The notes beneath the pieces are model-generated. The model did no database searches and had not been told where the DNA came from. It was given only the letters and a program-made list of their open reading frames with translations. Made by a program: the position numbers and the translations under genes. From Candidatus Acidiferrales bacterium (GTDB taxonomy: Bacteria; Acidobacteriota; Terriglobia; Acidiferrales; UBA7541), in assembly GCA_030037225.1 (NCBI GenBank), contig JASHRU010000403.1:1-50844 (forward strand): DNA of 50,844 bases, written 5' to 3'. Below are positions 9,432-18,848 of the stretch, piece by piece. The first letter of the stretch is position 1, and each line of letters starts with the position of its first letter.

Positions 9432-10921
9432 ACTTCGATATTACTTCCAACCGCCGGGTTGGTCCCGACCTCCTGCTCACCCTTCCGGTGCTGCTGTTGG
9501 TTGTTTTTGCCCTGCCCTGGATCGCGTTCCGTGTGGCCTACCAGCAGTATATGCCTTTGATTGCGGGCGTGTTTATCGTCGCCGACATTTGTTTCACGTT
9601 CGCCTGGTGGCGGGCTTCCGTCTATCTCTTCGCCTTCTATGTTCTGGTCGAAGGCTTTTTGATTAACGCTTACGGCTCTACGGCGCTCAATCTGTTGAAG
9701 GACGCGCAGCTCCTTCTCATCTTCTTCCGCCTGGCCGTTGCCCTGATCGCGCGGCGCATGTTCCCCGTCCCGCACACTGGTTGGGTGGTTCCCTTCTTTG
9801 GCTTCGCCGTGTATTACACCGCGGAAATCTTCAATCCGCTCCTACCCACAATCCTGGTTGGCTTGATCGGGGCACGAGTCACCCTCCTGTTCTTCCTCTG
9901 TTTCATCGTGGGCTACTGGTTTTTCGACGACCGGGAGCAGGTGATCCGCTTCCTGCGCTTCCAGAACTGGATAAGCATTCCCATAGCCATCTTTGGAGTG
10001 GTCCAATACTTCACTGGTCCTGAATTGTTGTTGCGCATCTCTCCGGGTTTTCAGCGTGCTATTTTTTACGCGAACGACCCGAAGCATCCCGAAATGGGAT
10101 TTTACTTCCGCACCATCTCCACGTTTGCATCTACGGCCGGACTTTCGCAATTCCTCTGGGTGGCTGCGATGCTTTCCATTGCGCTGATGATGATTTCGCC
10201 CCGGCCGATGGACAAGATAATGACGCGCGTGGCGCTGTTGGCGCAGGCCTGCGGAACGCTCAGCACGGGCGGCCGCGGCCCGTTCATCCTGCTTTTCGTC
10301 TCCTTGTTCCTGGCCTTCGGCCTGATGGGCCGCGTGCGGCAAGCGATCATGCCCTCGCTGTTCATCGTTGCTTGCTTGTTCGCTTCTCTGCTTTTCTTGG
10401 GGCCGACCGTGCAAGCGCGATTCGCCAGTATCTTCGACATGGAAATGGTACGCGACCGGAACATGGCGCTCGCCGTAGGCGAATTTGAAGCCGCCGGGGA
10501 CTCGCCCATTGTGGGACTCGGTGCGGGAATAGGATGCGCGGCCTCCAACCGTCTCGAATCCACGAGCGTGGCCGTCGTCGGCTCGGAGAACCAGTTTGCG
10601 CGTATCCGGAACGAATGCGGACTGGCCGGACTCGCGCTGTTCAGTGTCTTTACGGCCGGACTCTTGCTGGAGACCTACCGGCAGGCCCGCGCCCTCCGGG
10701 ACCACGATCTGAAAGTCATCGGATGCGTCGTGGCCAGTTTCTGCATAACCAACATTCTGACCTTTCCCATCGGCCAGCCGCTCGATATACCGCCGATGAA
10801 TTTCTATTTCTGGTTCTTTCTGGGCCTGCTAGCCGCCTTGCTGCGGATCCAGGCCACAGAGAACGCCGCTGGAATTCAGCCGGCTCCCGCCGCACGTTCA
10901 TTCTGGAGCTTCGAGCGCTGA
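9428..10921 (+). CDS. O-antigen ligase/polymerase family membrane protein (Wzy_C-like)
   Basis: 497 aa with about 11-12 TM segments. It has a Wzy_C-like stretch (LSTGGRGPFILLFVSLFLAFGL) and a larger periplasmic loop. The GTG start overlaps the upstream stop (GTGA). Confidence 0.7.
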   Translation: MNFDITSNRRVGPDLLLTLPVLLLVVFALPWIAFRVAYQQYMPLIAGVFIVADICFTFAWWRASVYLFAFYVLVEGFLINAYGSTALNLLKDAQLLLIFFRLAVALIARRMFPVPHTGWVVPFFGFAVYYTAEIFNPLLPTILVGLIGARVTLLFFLCFIVGYWFFDDREQVIRFLRFQNWISIPIAIFGVVQYFTGPELLLRISPGFQRAIFYANDPKHPEMGFYFRTISTFASTAGLSQFLWVAAMLSIALMMISPRPMDKIMTRVALLAQACGTLSTGGRGPFILLFVSLFLAFGLMGRVRQAIMPSLFIVACLFASLLFLGPTVQARFASIFDMEMVRDRNMALAVGEFEAAGDSPIVGLGAGIGCAASNRLESTSVAVVGSENQFARIRNECGLAGLALFSVFTAGLLLETYRQARALRDHDLKVIGCVVASFCITNILTFPIGQPLDIPPMNFYFWFFLGLLAALLRIQATENAAGIQPAPAARSFWSFER

Positions 10922-10927
10922 GCCTCC

Positions 10928-12496
10928 ATGGACGCTGCACAGAATAAAGCCCTCGACACTCTGGTCATTGTCATGGTTCTGCTCGGCCTGGGAATGGCGA
11001 TGATGATTTCGAATCGCTGGTTTACTTTCATTGACGATGAAATTGCCATGCTTCTGGACGCCACGATTCCAGCTCAGCAGACCATCCACTCTTTCACCGA
11101 CGGCACCGGCTTGCACCGCCATCCCCCCCTGTACGACCTGCTGCTTGCCGGATGGCTGCGTTTGAGCGGAGGCCGCGTCAGCCTGCTGCGCGTGCCGGCC
11201 ATCATCTTCTACCTGCTCGGACTGTGGTTTACGGTTCAGGCCGCGAGGTGGATCGCGGGTGTGGCAGCCGCGCGTGCCGCCCTGTGGATCGGCGTGGTGT
11301 TTCCCTACGGATTTCACTTCGGAAGGATCGCCGGGTGGTATTCGTTTTCCTTCCTTACCCTCGCGCTGCTCACCTTTGCCTATCTCTGGATGGAAGCGAA
11401 GCCGGCATGGGGGCGCTGGGTGTTGCTTGTTGTTGCCTGCGAGTTGGCTGTTTATACGAACTATTTCCTGGCCGTTCTAATCGGACTCCTGGCCCTCGAT
11501 TACTGGATCCGCCACAGTGGTGATGCGAAGCCTGTGGCCGCGGCAGGCGCGACTGTAATTGTCATTCTGCTCGGGTTCCTGCCCTTGCTTCGTGCGTTGT
11601 TGTTCCGCCTCTTCGCGGATCAGGGCATTCTGCGGCCTGTTTATTCGGGGCTGGCCACGATGTTCTTCTGCGGTTACAACGTGTATACGCTCTTCGTCAG
11701 CGAATCGGTTGCCCCCTGGTTCTGGTATTTCAGCATTCCGGCGCTCGCGGCCATCGCCTACTGCTCCGTTCTCCTTTTGCGCCACGGCCCGCCGGCAGCA
11801 CGGCGCCTGTTCCTCGGTTTTCTGCTCTGCACCTTGGCGATGACGCTGCTGAATCTGATTAACACCAAGCGACTGTTGTTCCTTTCGCCGTGGCTTTTGA
11901 TTTCTCTGGCCGCGATGCTCGGCAGCCTTCCCCGACCTGTTCTTCGGAAAGGCGCAATCCTGGCGCTCGGCCTAGTCGGCGCTATTGGGTGGTTTGGAAT
12001 TCTTTCGCGCCGCTATTACGCGGCGCCCCGGCTCATCGAGCCGTGGGAACCGGTTGCCGAACGGGCTGCCGGAGAGGTAAGGAAGGGCGCAGTGTTGATT
12101 GGCAACAATCCATCGTTCTTTTTCTACCTGACGAATGCGATCCGCTCTCCGGGCGAATCAGGATCGGGTGAGTTTGTTGGCTCTTACCCTGTATGGCTGA
12201 GCCATCCCCAATTGTTTGATCCCATCCAGTGGCTCCAAGCGGGACAGGTGTACGGCCCGACTACCCTCTTAGTCAAGGGCGCTACCGACGAGGCGTACTG
12301 GGGATCCACGGCTGCTACAGAGGCAGCGCTCGACGAGAACTGCCATCTCGACGCAGTTGAACGGAAAATGGCAGACACCGGCTTCGCATGGAAGCAGCGC
12401 TGGTTTGCAGATGCGCGTCAACCTGCCTGGCGGATCGAGGTACGTACTTACCAGTGCCCCAGCGCAAGCAGAACCGCTGCGAAACTGAACAATTGA
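10928..12496 (+). CDS. Polytopic membrane glycosyltransferase, GT-C fold (PMT_2/ArnT-like, GT39-type)
   Basis: 522 aa. The first loop has FTFIDDEIAMLLDA followed by HRHPPLYDLLL, a DE plus HPPL pattern typical of PMT_2 proteins. Multiple TM segments and a soluble C-terminal domain follow. Confidence 0.75.
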   Translation: MDAAQNKALDTLVIVMVLLGLGMAMMISNRWFTFIDDEIAMLLDATIPAQQTIHSFTDGTGLHRHPPLYDLLLAGWLRLSGGRVSLLRVPAIIFYLLGLWFTVQAARWIAGVAAARAALWIGVVFPYGFHFGRIAGWYSFSFLTLALLTFAYLWMEAKPAWGRWVLLVVACELAVYTNYFLAVLIGLLALDYWIRHSGDAKPVAAAGATVIVILLGFLPLLRALLFRLFADQGILRPVYSGLATMFFCGYNVYTLFVSESVAPWFWYFSIPALAAIAYCSVLLLRHGPPAARRLFLGFLLCTLAMTLLNLINTKRLLFLSPWLLISLAAMLGSLPRPVLRKGAILALGLVGAIGWFGILSRRYYAAPRLIEPWEPVAERAAGEVRKGAVLIGNNPSFFFYLTNAIRSPGESGSGEFVGSYPVWLSHPQLFDPIQWLQAGQVYGPTTLLVKGATDEAYWGSTAATEAALDENCHLDAVERKMADTGFAWKQRWFADARQPAWRIEVRTYQCPSASRTAAKLNN

Positions 12497-12515
12497 TTTC
12501 AATGAGCCTTGCGAA

Positions 12516-13733
12516 ATGCCAAAACTGACTCCGGCGATTCCGCAGCGTGCGCTCCGGGTGCTGTTCGTCCAGAGCACTACAGAGGTCGGCGGCGCGGAGG
12601 TGGCGTTGTTGACCATGCTTCAAAACATGGAGCGATCCGCCGTCGAACCCCTTGTTGCCTCTCTCGGTTTTGGAGAAGGCCTCCTGCCCGAACGAATCGA
12701 GCGCATGGGCATACCCATTTTCCATCTTCCTCGAGGACGATTTCGCAATGTGGCGAGCACAGCGGCCAAGATTCGTGCGCTGCACAAGCTAATCCGCAAG
12801 CAGGGGGTAGACGTTGTGGTGAGCAATGGCGGCCACGCAAACCTGTTTGCTCGTCCGGCGGCGAGTCTGGCGCGGCGTCCCTGCGCTTGGTGGGTTCACG
12901 GTTACACGCAGGCTTCCCTTCCGGAAGGCAGGATCCCCATCGCTCGTGCCGAGCGCCTGCTTGCAGCGGACGCGCTCTATGCAAACTCTACGTTTACAGC
13001 AGGCTTGCTGGCCCGTGATTTCCCCGGCCATCCATGCATCCGCCTGGTGCGTTACGGAGTGGATCTCAAGAGATTTCGTCCGAATCCTTCAGCCGGCGCC
13101 AGGGTTCGCAACGAAGAAAGGATTCCGGCTGACCAACTGCTTATCGGCATCTTCGGGCGTTTGCAGCATTGGAAGGGCCAGCACATTTTCCTTCGCGCCG
13201 CGGGTTTGATGGCCGGCCGCGGCACGCGGTTCATGGCTGTGGTGGTGGGCGGCTCTTTGTTCGGGCTCGAGCCGCAATATGCCGATGAGCTCCGACGCAT
13301 GGCAGATGAGCCACTGCTGGCCGGCCGGGTACGATTTCTGGGGAACCGCTCAAATCCTGAGGATTGGATGAACGCCTGCGATGTGGTGGTGCACGCGTCC
13401 GTCGAGCCGGAACCATGGGGGTTGGTGGTTGCGGAGGGGATGGCCTGCGGCCGGACCGTCTTGGCCTCAGCTGCTGGTGGCCCGCTGGAGATGATTGACC
13501 ACAAACGAACCGGTTGGCTCTCCGCCCCGGGAGACGAAGTGGCAATGGCCGCTTGGTTGGAAATCCTGCTCGCAAACTCCGCACTGCGGGAGGGGCTCGG
13601 CGCGGCCGCCCGGCGGCACGCCGAAGAAGAATTTGAACCCCGTCGCGCAGCGGCTGTGTTCTCCACCGAGCTGTGGCGGTTGTGGGCAACAAGGATTGAA
13701 AGTATGCAAATGTTGACGGAGCCGGTGCCGTGA
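12516..13733 (+). CDS. Glycosyltransferase family 4 (GT-B)
   Basis: N-terminus LRVLFVQSTTEVGGAEVALLTML and an EX7E-type region HASVEPEPWGLVVAEGMACGRTVLAS. Confidence 0.85.
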   Translation: MPKLTPAIPQRALRVLFVQSTTEVGGAEVALLTMLQNMERSAVEPLVASLGFGEGLLPERIERMGIPIFHLPRGRFRNVASTAAKIRALHKLIRKQGVDVVVSNGGHANLFARPAASLARRPCAWWVHGYTQASLPEGRIPIARAERLLAADALYANSTFTAGLLARDFPGHPCIRLVRYGVDLKRFRPNPSAGARVRNEERIPADQLLIGIFGRLQHWKGQHIFLRAAGLMAGRGTRFMAVVVGGSLFGLEPQYADELRRMADEPLLAGRVRFLGNRSNPEDWMNACDVVVHASVEPEPWGLVVAEGMACGRTVLASAAGGPLEMIDHKRTGWLSAPGDEVAMAAWLEILLANSALREGLGAAARRHAEEEFEPRRAAAVFSTELWRLWATRIESMQMLTEPVP

Positions 13734-14488
13734 AGCCGCAAAGCCTCACACTGGATGACGAACGCCCGCGTCCTGACGGGCCGGACCGCGTCTCCTACCA
13801 CCACCACTTGGCTCGTTATCGCTTCGCGTTCAAAAACATGAAGGGTGGCGAACGCGTGCTCGACGCCGGTTGCGGCACGGGTTACGGTTCACGGCTGCTG
13901 CGCGAGAAGGCAGACTCAGTTGTGGGAATCGACAACTCACCTCTGGCTGTCGGGTATGCGCATGAGCAATTCGCCGGTCCAGGTGTGCGGTTTGCGCGCA
14001 TGGATTGTCAACGCCTGGCCTTTCCTTCGTCCCGCTTCGATTTGATCGTTTGTTTCGAAGTCTTCGAACACCTGGAAAACCACGATGACTTCTTGAACGA
14101 ATGCCTCCGCGTCCTCGGTCCCCGGGGAACGCTGATTCTCTCCACTCCAAACGTGGTAACCGCAGACTTGCACATGAAGTCAATCGGCCAGTCGAATCCC
14201 TTTCACATCAATATGCTGGATCTTTCCACTTTTCGCCGGGTCTTGAATCGGCACTTCCGCGATGTCCAGATGTTTGGCCAGCGCCGGCGGGGCAACCGGC
14301 TCTATTCCGCGCTGCGTGCGTTGGATGTGTTCAATTTCCGGCTACGCCTGCTGGGCAATGGGCAGCGCGAGCGCCTCCAGCAGGCGTTTGAAGTGCCAGT
14401 GGGCGAGGCCGCCGTGCCTGATCACTGGGTGATCGAACGCTCTCAACTTCGCCAGGCTAATCAGTTCGTTGCCATCTGCATGAGGTAG
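13730..14488 (+). CDS. Class I SAM-dependent methyltransferase
   Basis: Motifs VLDAGCGTGYGSRLL, GIDNS and FDLIVCFEVFEHLEN. The GTG start overlaps the upstream stop (GTGA). Confidence 0.85.
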   Translation: MKPQSLTLDDERPRPDGPDRVSYHHHLARYRFAFKNMKGGERVLDAGCGTGYGSRLLREKADSVVGIDNSPLAVGYAHEQFAGPGVRFARMDCQRLAFPSSRFDLIVCFEVFEHLENHDDFLNECLRVLGPRGTLILSTPNVVTADLHMKSIGQSNPFHINMLDLSTFRRVLNRHFRDVQMFGQRRRGNRLYSALRALDVFNFRLRLLGNGQRERLQQAFEVPVGEAAVPDHWVIERSQLRQANQFVAICMR

Positions 14489-14491
14489 CTC

Positions 14492-15742
14492 GTGGCCGCC
14501 GCAACCGCCTCTGGTCTCCAAACTGCTGAGCTTCAGCTGGGCAGTGGCCTCCGCATCGCCGTTGTGACACCCGAGTTCTATCCCACGGGTGGCACAGAGC
14601 GCGTCACCCGTGCGCTCCTTCAAGCGCTCGCGCGTGACCACGAGGTGTGTCTGTACTCTCACTTGTCGAGCGGCAAGGCGGATACCCAGATCTGCCATCA
14701 TCCTGTGCCGGTCCTGCCGGGACCGGGACTTGCCCGCCAGCTCAGCTTCTTCGCGGCAGCCTCGCTGGCTGTCTGGAAAGGCGAGCGGCGCCATGGCGCG
14801 TACGATTGCGTGTATTCGCCCGGCCCGAACTGCGCGCAAGTCCACGTCTCAACGGCCCATTTCTGCCAGGCGCGCCAGCGCGACCTGCTCCGCAGCGGGC
14901 GTTTCCAGCCTGCAGCAGCCACTTTAGATGACCGTCTGCGTCGCTGGCATCGCGCGCTCTACGCGAACTGGTATTCTCAGCTCGAAAATTGGTTCTACGC
15001 CTCGCGCCGGCTCGAAAAAGTCATTTGTCCCGCCGAGGTCGTCCGCCGCGACCTGATCGATTGCTACCGCGCCTCGCCCGACCGCCTCGTAGTTGCTCAC
15101 TCGGGTGTGGATACGTCCAGTTTCAATCAGGAGCGCCGCGGCCGGCTGCGCAATTCCGTCCGCAATGAACTGGGACTCGCACACGGCGATTTTTGCTTTC
15201 TCTTTGTGGGCACGGACTGGGTCAGAAAATGCCTGGTCACCGTTCTGGACGCCCTCGCTGGGGTTCCCGAGGCGTTGCTCTACGCCGTCGGCCCTTATGA
15301 TCCGGAGCCCTACCGGCGTTACGCGGCACGCGCAGGTGTGGCTGGACGCGTACGCTTTCCGCCTCGCCGCGCCGACATTATTTCCTACTACGCCGCGGCG
15401 GATGCCGTCGTGGCCCCGTCGTTCTACGAACCGTTCGGCCTGGTTCCGCTGGAAGCCGCGGCTTGTGGCGTTCCGTCCATCATCACACGGCAGATGGGAG
15501 TAGCTGAAGTCTTGGACGGCGAGAGCGCTATCGTGCTGAACGACCCGGCCGATTCCGCAGCACTGGCTCGGGCCATGCGCCGACTGATGGACGACGCGGA
15601 TCTGCGTCAGCGGCTCGTATCCCATGGCGAACTACGCGCACGGATGAGCCCTTGGGACGGCATCAATCGCTCTACTCTGGAAGCCATTCGGGACTCTGCC
15701 TCGCGACGGAAGGCTGCCGCGCGACAGGCCGCGCCGGCATGA
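14492..15742 (+). CDS. Glycosyltransferase family 4 (GT-B)
   Basis: N-terminal LRIAVVTPEFYPTGGTERV and C-terminal VAPSFYEPFGLVPLEAAACGVPSII. GTG start 3 nt after the previous stop. Confidence 0.85.
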   Translation: MAAATASGLQTAELQLGSGLRIAVVTPEFYPTGGTERVTRALLQALARDHEVCLYSHLSSGKADTQICHHPVPVLPGPGLARQLSFFAAASLAVWKGERRHGAYDCVYSPGPNCAQVHVSTAHFCQARQRDLLRSGRFQPAAATLDDRLRRWHRALYANWYSQLENWFYASRRLEKVICPAEVVRRDLIDCYRASPDRLVVAHSGVDTSSFNQERRGRLRNSVRNELGLAHGDFCFLFVGTDWVRKCLVTVLDALAGVPEALLYAVGPYDPEPYRRYAARAGVAGRVRFPPRRADIISYYAAADAVVAPSFYEPFGLVPLEAAACGVPSIITRQMGVAEVLDGESAIVLNDPADSAALARAMRRLMDDADLRQRLVSHGELRARMSPWDGINRSTLEAIRDSASRRKAAARQAAPA

Positions 15743-16953
15743 GCCGCGAACATCAGCGCCGTCTGCGGGTATTTCTCGTAGGTACCGAATTTTTCCGTGG
15801 CTACGGCGGAATTCAATACGTCAATCGTCTGCTCGTCGATGCCCTCTCTGAATTTGCCGTCCGGACTCCGCTCCGACTCGACACTTTCAGCTACATGGAC
15901 GGCCCCGAGCATTTTCCTGCCAGGATGGCCGGCGACGCTTGCGTGCGCTGGCACGGAGGAGAACGCAGCCGCCGCCGGCTGGCCTGGCGTTTAGCCAAGA
16001 AGCTCGCTTCGGAACAACCCCATTTTGTGCTCTTCACCCATGTATCGCTCCTGCCTCTCGTGGGAGCAGTGCGCGCTCTCTGCCCGGCGGCTCGTGTGGC
16101 ATTGCTCGCGCACGGTACGGAGGTCTGGCAACCGCTGGCGGGGCGCATCGCAAGGTGTCTCGCGCACGTAGACTCCCTAGTGGCTCCCAGCGCCTTCACC
16201 GCGCAGAAGCTCGCAGACGTTCAGGGCATTTCTCCCGAACGCATCACGGTCATCCCGCATGGGCTTGACCCCGATTGGGTGCGCGAATCGACTGGCATCT
16301 CCGTGGCCTGCGCTCCCGAATCAGGCTCTTCCGGCCCTCTGCTGCTTAGCGTTACGCGGCTCAGCCGCGCGGATCGCGAGGGAAAAGGCATCGACTTGGT
16401 GTTGCAAGCTCTACCTGCCGTCGTCGCCCAATTTCCGAACCTCCACTACCGAGTCGTCGGTGGTGGTGGCGATCTCCAGCGCTTGGCCGAACTCGTCCGC
16501 AGTCTCGGATTCGAAGGGCGAACCGAACTCCCCGGCGCCCGCCGCAGCGATGTCCTCCAGCAATCCTACGCGCACGCCGATGTCTTCGTACTGCCCACCC
16601 AGGTCGAGGGTTTCGGCATCGTTTTCCTCGAGGCCATGTACCACCGTCTGCCAATCGTAGCCGTGCATGCCGCAGCGGCTCCCGAAGTGGTCGAAGATGG
16701 CGTCACTGGCATTCTCGTCAGTCCTGGCCGCGCCGACCAACTTGCCGCGGCTCTCATCGCTTTGCTCTCCAACGAGGATCGCCGCCACGCCATGGGTGAG
16801 GCGGGTCGCCGCCGCGTCGAGCAGATGTACTGCTTCGAACATTTCGCCGCGCGCTGGGAGCGCTGGCTGGTCGCCCAGGTGCCCGAGGCGCTCTATGTGG
16901 CTCGGCAGTTGAGTGCTTTCACGGCGGCGCGTGCCGCGGCGGGAGCGGCCTGA
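15739..16953 (+). CDS. Glycosyltransferase family 4 (GT-B)
   Basis: The ORF-track start at 15652 lies inside the upstream gene. The in-frame ATG at 15739 makes an ATGA overlap with the upstream stop and gives MSREHQRRLRVFLVGTEFFRGYGGI. The EX7E region is VLPTQVEGFGIVFLEAMYHRLPIVAV. Confidence 0.85.
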   Translation: MSREHQRRLRVFLVGTEFFRGYGGIQYVNRLLVDALSEFAVRTPLRLDTFSYMDGPEHFPARMAGDACVRWHGGERSRRRLAWRLAKKLASEQPHFVLFTHVSLLPLVGAVRALCPAARVALLAHGTEVWQPLAGRIARCLAHVDSLVAPSAFTAQKLADVQGISPERITVIPHGLDPDWVRESTGISVACAPESGSSGPLLLSVTRLSRADREGKGIDLVLQALPAVVAQFPNLHYRVVGGGGDLQRLAELVRSLGFEGRTELPGARRSDVLQQSYAHADVFVLPTQVEGFGIVFLEAMYHRLPIVAVHAAAAPEVVEDGVTGILVSPGRADQLAAALIALLSNEDRRHAMGEAGRRRVEQMYCFEHFAARWERWLVAQVPEALYVARQLSAFTAARAAAGAA

Positions 16954-16955
16954 GT

Positions 16956-18848
16956 ATGTGCGGCATCTGTGGATGGTGGGAGGAGCGCGACGCGGGGCGG
17001 CAGGAGCCACTGAACGCGATGCTGCGCCAGATGATCCCGCGCGGCCCCGACGATGAAGGCTCCGCAGAGTTCCGACCGCATGCCGGAGGGCGCCTTCGGA
17101 TTGGCGCGCGGCGCTTGGCCATCCAAGACCTTTCACCGGCTGGCCATCAGCCCATGATCGATCCGGTTACCGGCTCCTCGCTAGTCTTCAACGGCGAAAT
17201 CTTCAATTTCGCAGAGCTTCGAGGCGAGCTCGTCGCCCGCGGGCATCAGTTCCGGTCGGAAGGCGACACGGAAGTAATCCTGGTCGGCTACCGCGAGTGG
17301 GGCGAAGGCGTGATCGCGCGGCTGCGCGGCATGTTCGCTTTCGCACTCTGGGATCCCGCGCGGCAAACGCTTTTGATCGTCCGCGACCGGCTGGGAATAA
17401 AACCGCTTTACTATGCCGCCCTCCCGGGACGTTTTGCCTTTGCTTCGGAGCTGCGCGCGCTCCTGTCGAGCGGACTGGTCGCCCGCGAATTGGACGTCAC
17501 CGGCCTCGACACTTTCTTGAAATTCGGCGCGGTGCAGGAGCCCTCCACCATGGTGCGTGGCGTGCGCCTCCTGCCGGCCGGCTGTCTGGTGCGCTGGAAG
17601 GACAGTGCGTTCGACATCGAGCGCTATTGGGAGCTCCCTCTCGCTACGCTGCCCCTCAACGGCGACGCGCGCGTGCGCTCTGGGCGCGTGGAAGAGCTTC
17701 GTGCCGAGCTTGATGCGGCCGTGCGCATGCGGCTAATCAGCGATGTGCCTCTTGGTGTCTTTCTGAGCGGCGGCCTCGACTCCACCGTGGTCGCTGCCAT
17801 CGCTGCGCGTCACTGCACTCGGCTCAAGACGTTTACGGTGACCTTTGCCGAAGAGCAATTCGCTGAGGGCGTCAAGGCCCGGCAGGTGGCGCGCCTGATC
17901 GGTACCGAGCACCACGAGATCACCGTCTCTCAGGGCGACCTGATCGCCAACCTTCCTGCTGCCGTCGCAGCCATGGACCAGCCCACTGTGGACGGTATCA
18001 ACACCTACATGGTATCTCGCGTCACCAAGCAGGCTGGCGTCACCGTCGCGCTCTCCGGTCTCGGCGGTGACGAGCAATTTGCCGGCTATCGTAGCTTCCG
18101 CTTGGTTCCCCGCATGGAATGGACAGAGCGCGCCGTGCCGGGATGGATTCGCCGGGCCGCTGGCGGATCCATCAGCCAGTTCCTCGGTGGCAGCAGCCGT
18201 GGCCAGAAGATGACCCTCTGGCTCCGCAGTCGCGACGCCTTTCCCCACCCCTTCTACGTTTCTCGTCTCATCTTTTCTCCCGATCAGATTGCCCGCCTGC
18301 TGCGGCCAGAACGCCTGCTTGAAATCGAATTCCAGGTGTTCGGCGAGGAATTCGCCCGGCAGCAGCGGCTCATCGCACGCCACGACCCGGTCAACCGCGT
18401 CTCATGCCTCGAACTTCTCGTCTATCTTCGCAACACATTGCTGCGCGACACGGATTCGATGAGCATGGCGAATTCGCTCGAGGTGCGCGTTCCGCTTCTC
18501 GATCATCGCGTCACGGAGAAGGCCCTCGAGCTCCCGGGCCGCTGGAAGCTCGAAGGCCGCCAGCGGAAATCCCTCCTCGTGGCCGCCGCGGGGCGTGAGC
18601 TCCCGCCGAAGATCCTCCACCAACCCAAACGCGGCTTCGAATTCCCCTGGGACCAATGGCTTCGGGGCGAACTGCGTTCCTCTGTGCAGTCAGCCTTGGC
18701 CGAGCCTGGTCCCGTCCTCGAATACGCCATCAACTGGCAGGAAGTGCGCGGTATCTGGTCGGCGTTTCTCGCTGGGCGCTGTCACTGGTCGCGCGTTTGG
18801 ATGTTCTACGTTTTGCAGCACTGGGCAGCGCAAAATCTGTCTGCATGA
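16956..18848 (+). CDS. asnB: Asparagine synthase (glutamine-hydrolysing) family amidotransferase, copy 1
   Basis: N-terminal MCGI with the Cys2 nucleophile, FNGEIFNF, and the PP-loop LSGGLDSTVV. 630 aa. Confidence 0.9.
   Translation: MCGICGWWEERDAGRQEPLNAMLRQMIPRGPDDEGSAEFRPHAGGRLRIGARRLAIQDLSPAGHQPMIDPVTGSSLVFNGEIFNFAELRGELVARGHQFRSEGDTEVILVGYREWGEGVIARLRGMFAFALWDPARQTLLIVRDRLGIKPLYYAALPGRFAFASELRALLSSGLVARELDVTGLDTFLKFGAVQEPSTMVRGVRLLPAGCLVRWKDSAFDIERYWELPLATLPLNGDARVRSGRVEELRAELDAAVRMRLISDVPLGVFLSGGLDSTVVAAIAARHCTRLKTFTVTFAEEQFAEGVKARQVARLIGTEHHEITVSQGDLIANLPAAVAAMDQPTVDGINTYMVSRVTKQAGVTVALSGLGGDEQFAGYRSFRLVPRMEWTERAVPGWIRRAAGGSISQFLGGSSRGQKMTLWLRSRDAFPHPFYVSRLIFSPDQIARLLRPERLLEIEFQVFGEEFARQQRLIARHDPVNRVSCLELLVYLRNTLLRDTDSMSMANSLEVRVPLLDHRVTEKALELPGRWKLEGRQRKSLLVAAAGRELPPKILHQPKRGFEFPWDQWLRGELRSSVQSALAEPGPVLEYAINWQEVRGIWSAFLAGRCHWSRVWMFYVLQHWAAQNLSA

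Noticed and set aside
15652-15738. Upstream extensions of ORF-track starts: 15652, 18656, 21849, 32198, 36501 (minus), 41838, 43726 and 49482.
   Set aside because: The extensions overlap the preceding gene and translate to low-complexity sequence. In-frame ATGs give canonical N-termini, often with an ATGA overlap or a good RBS.
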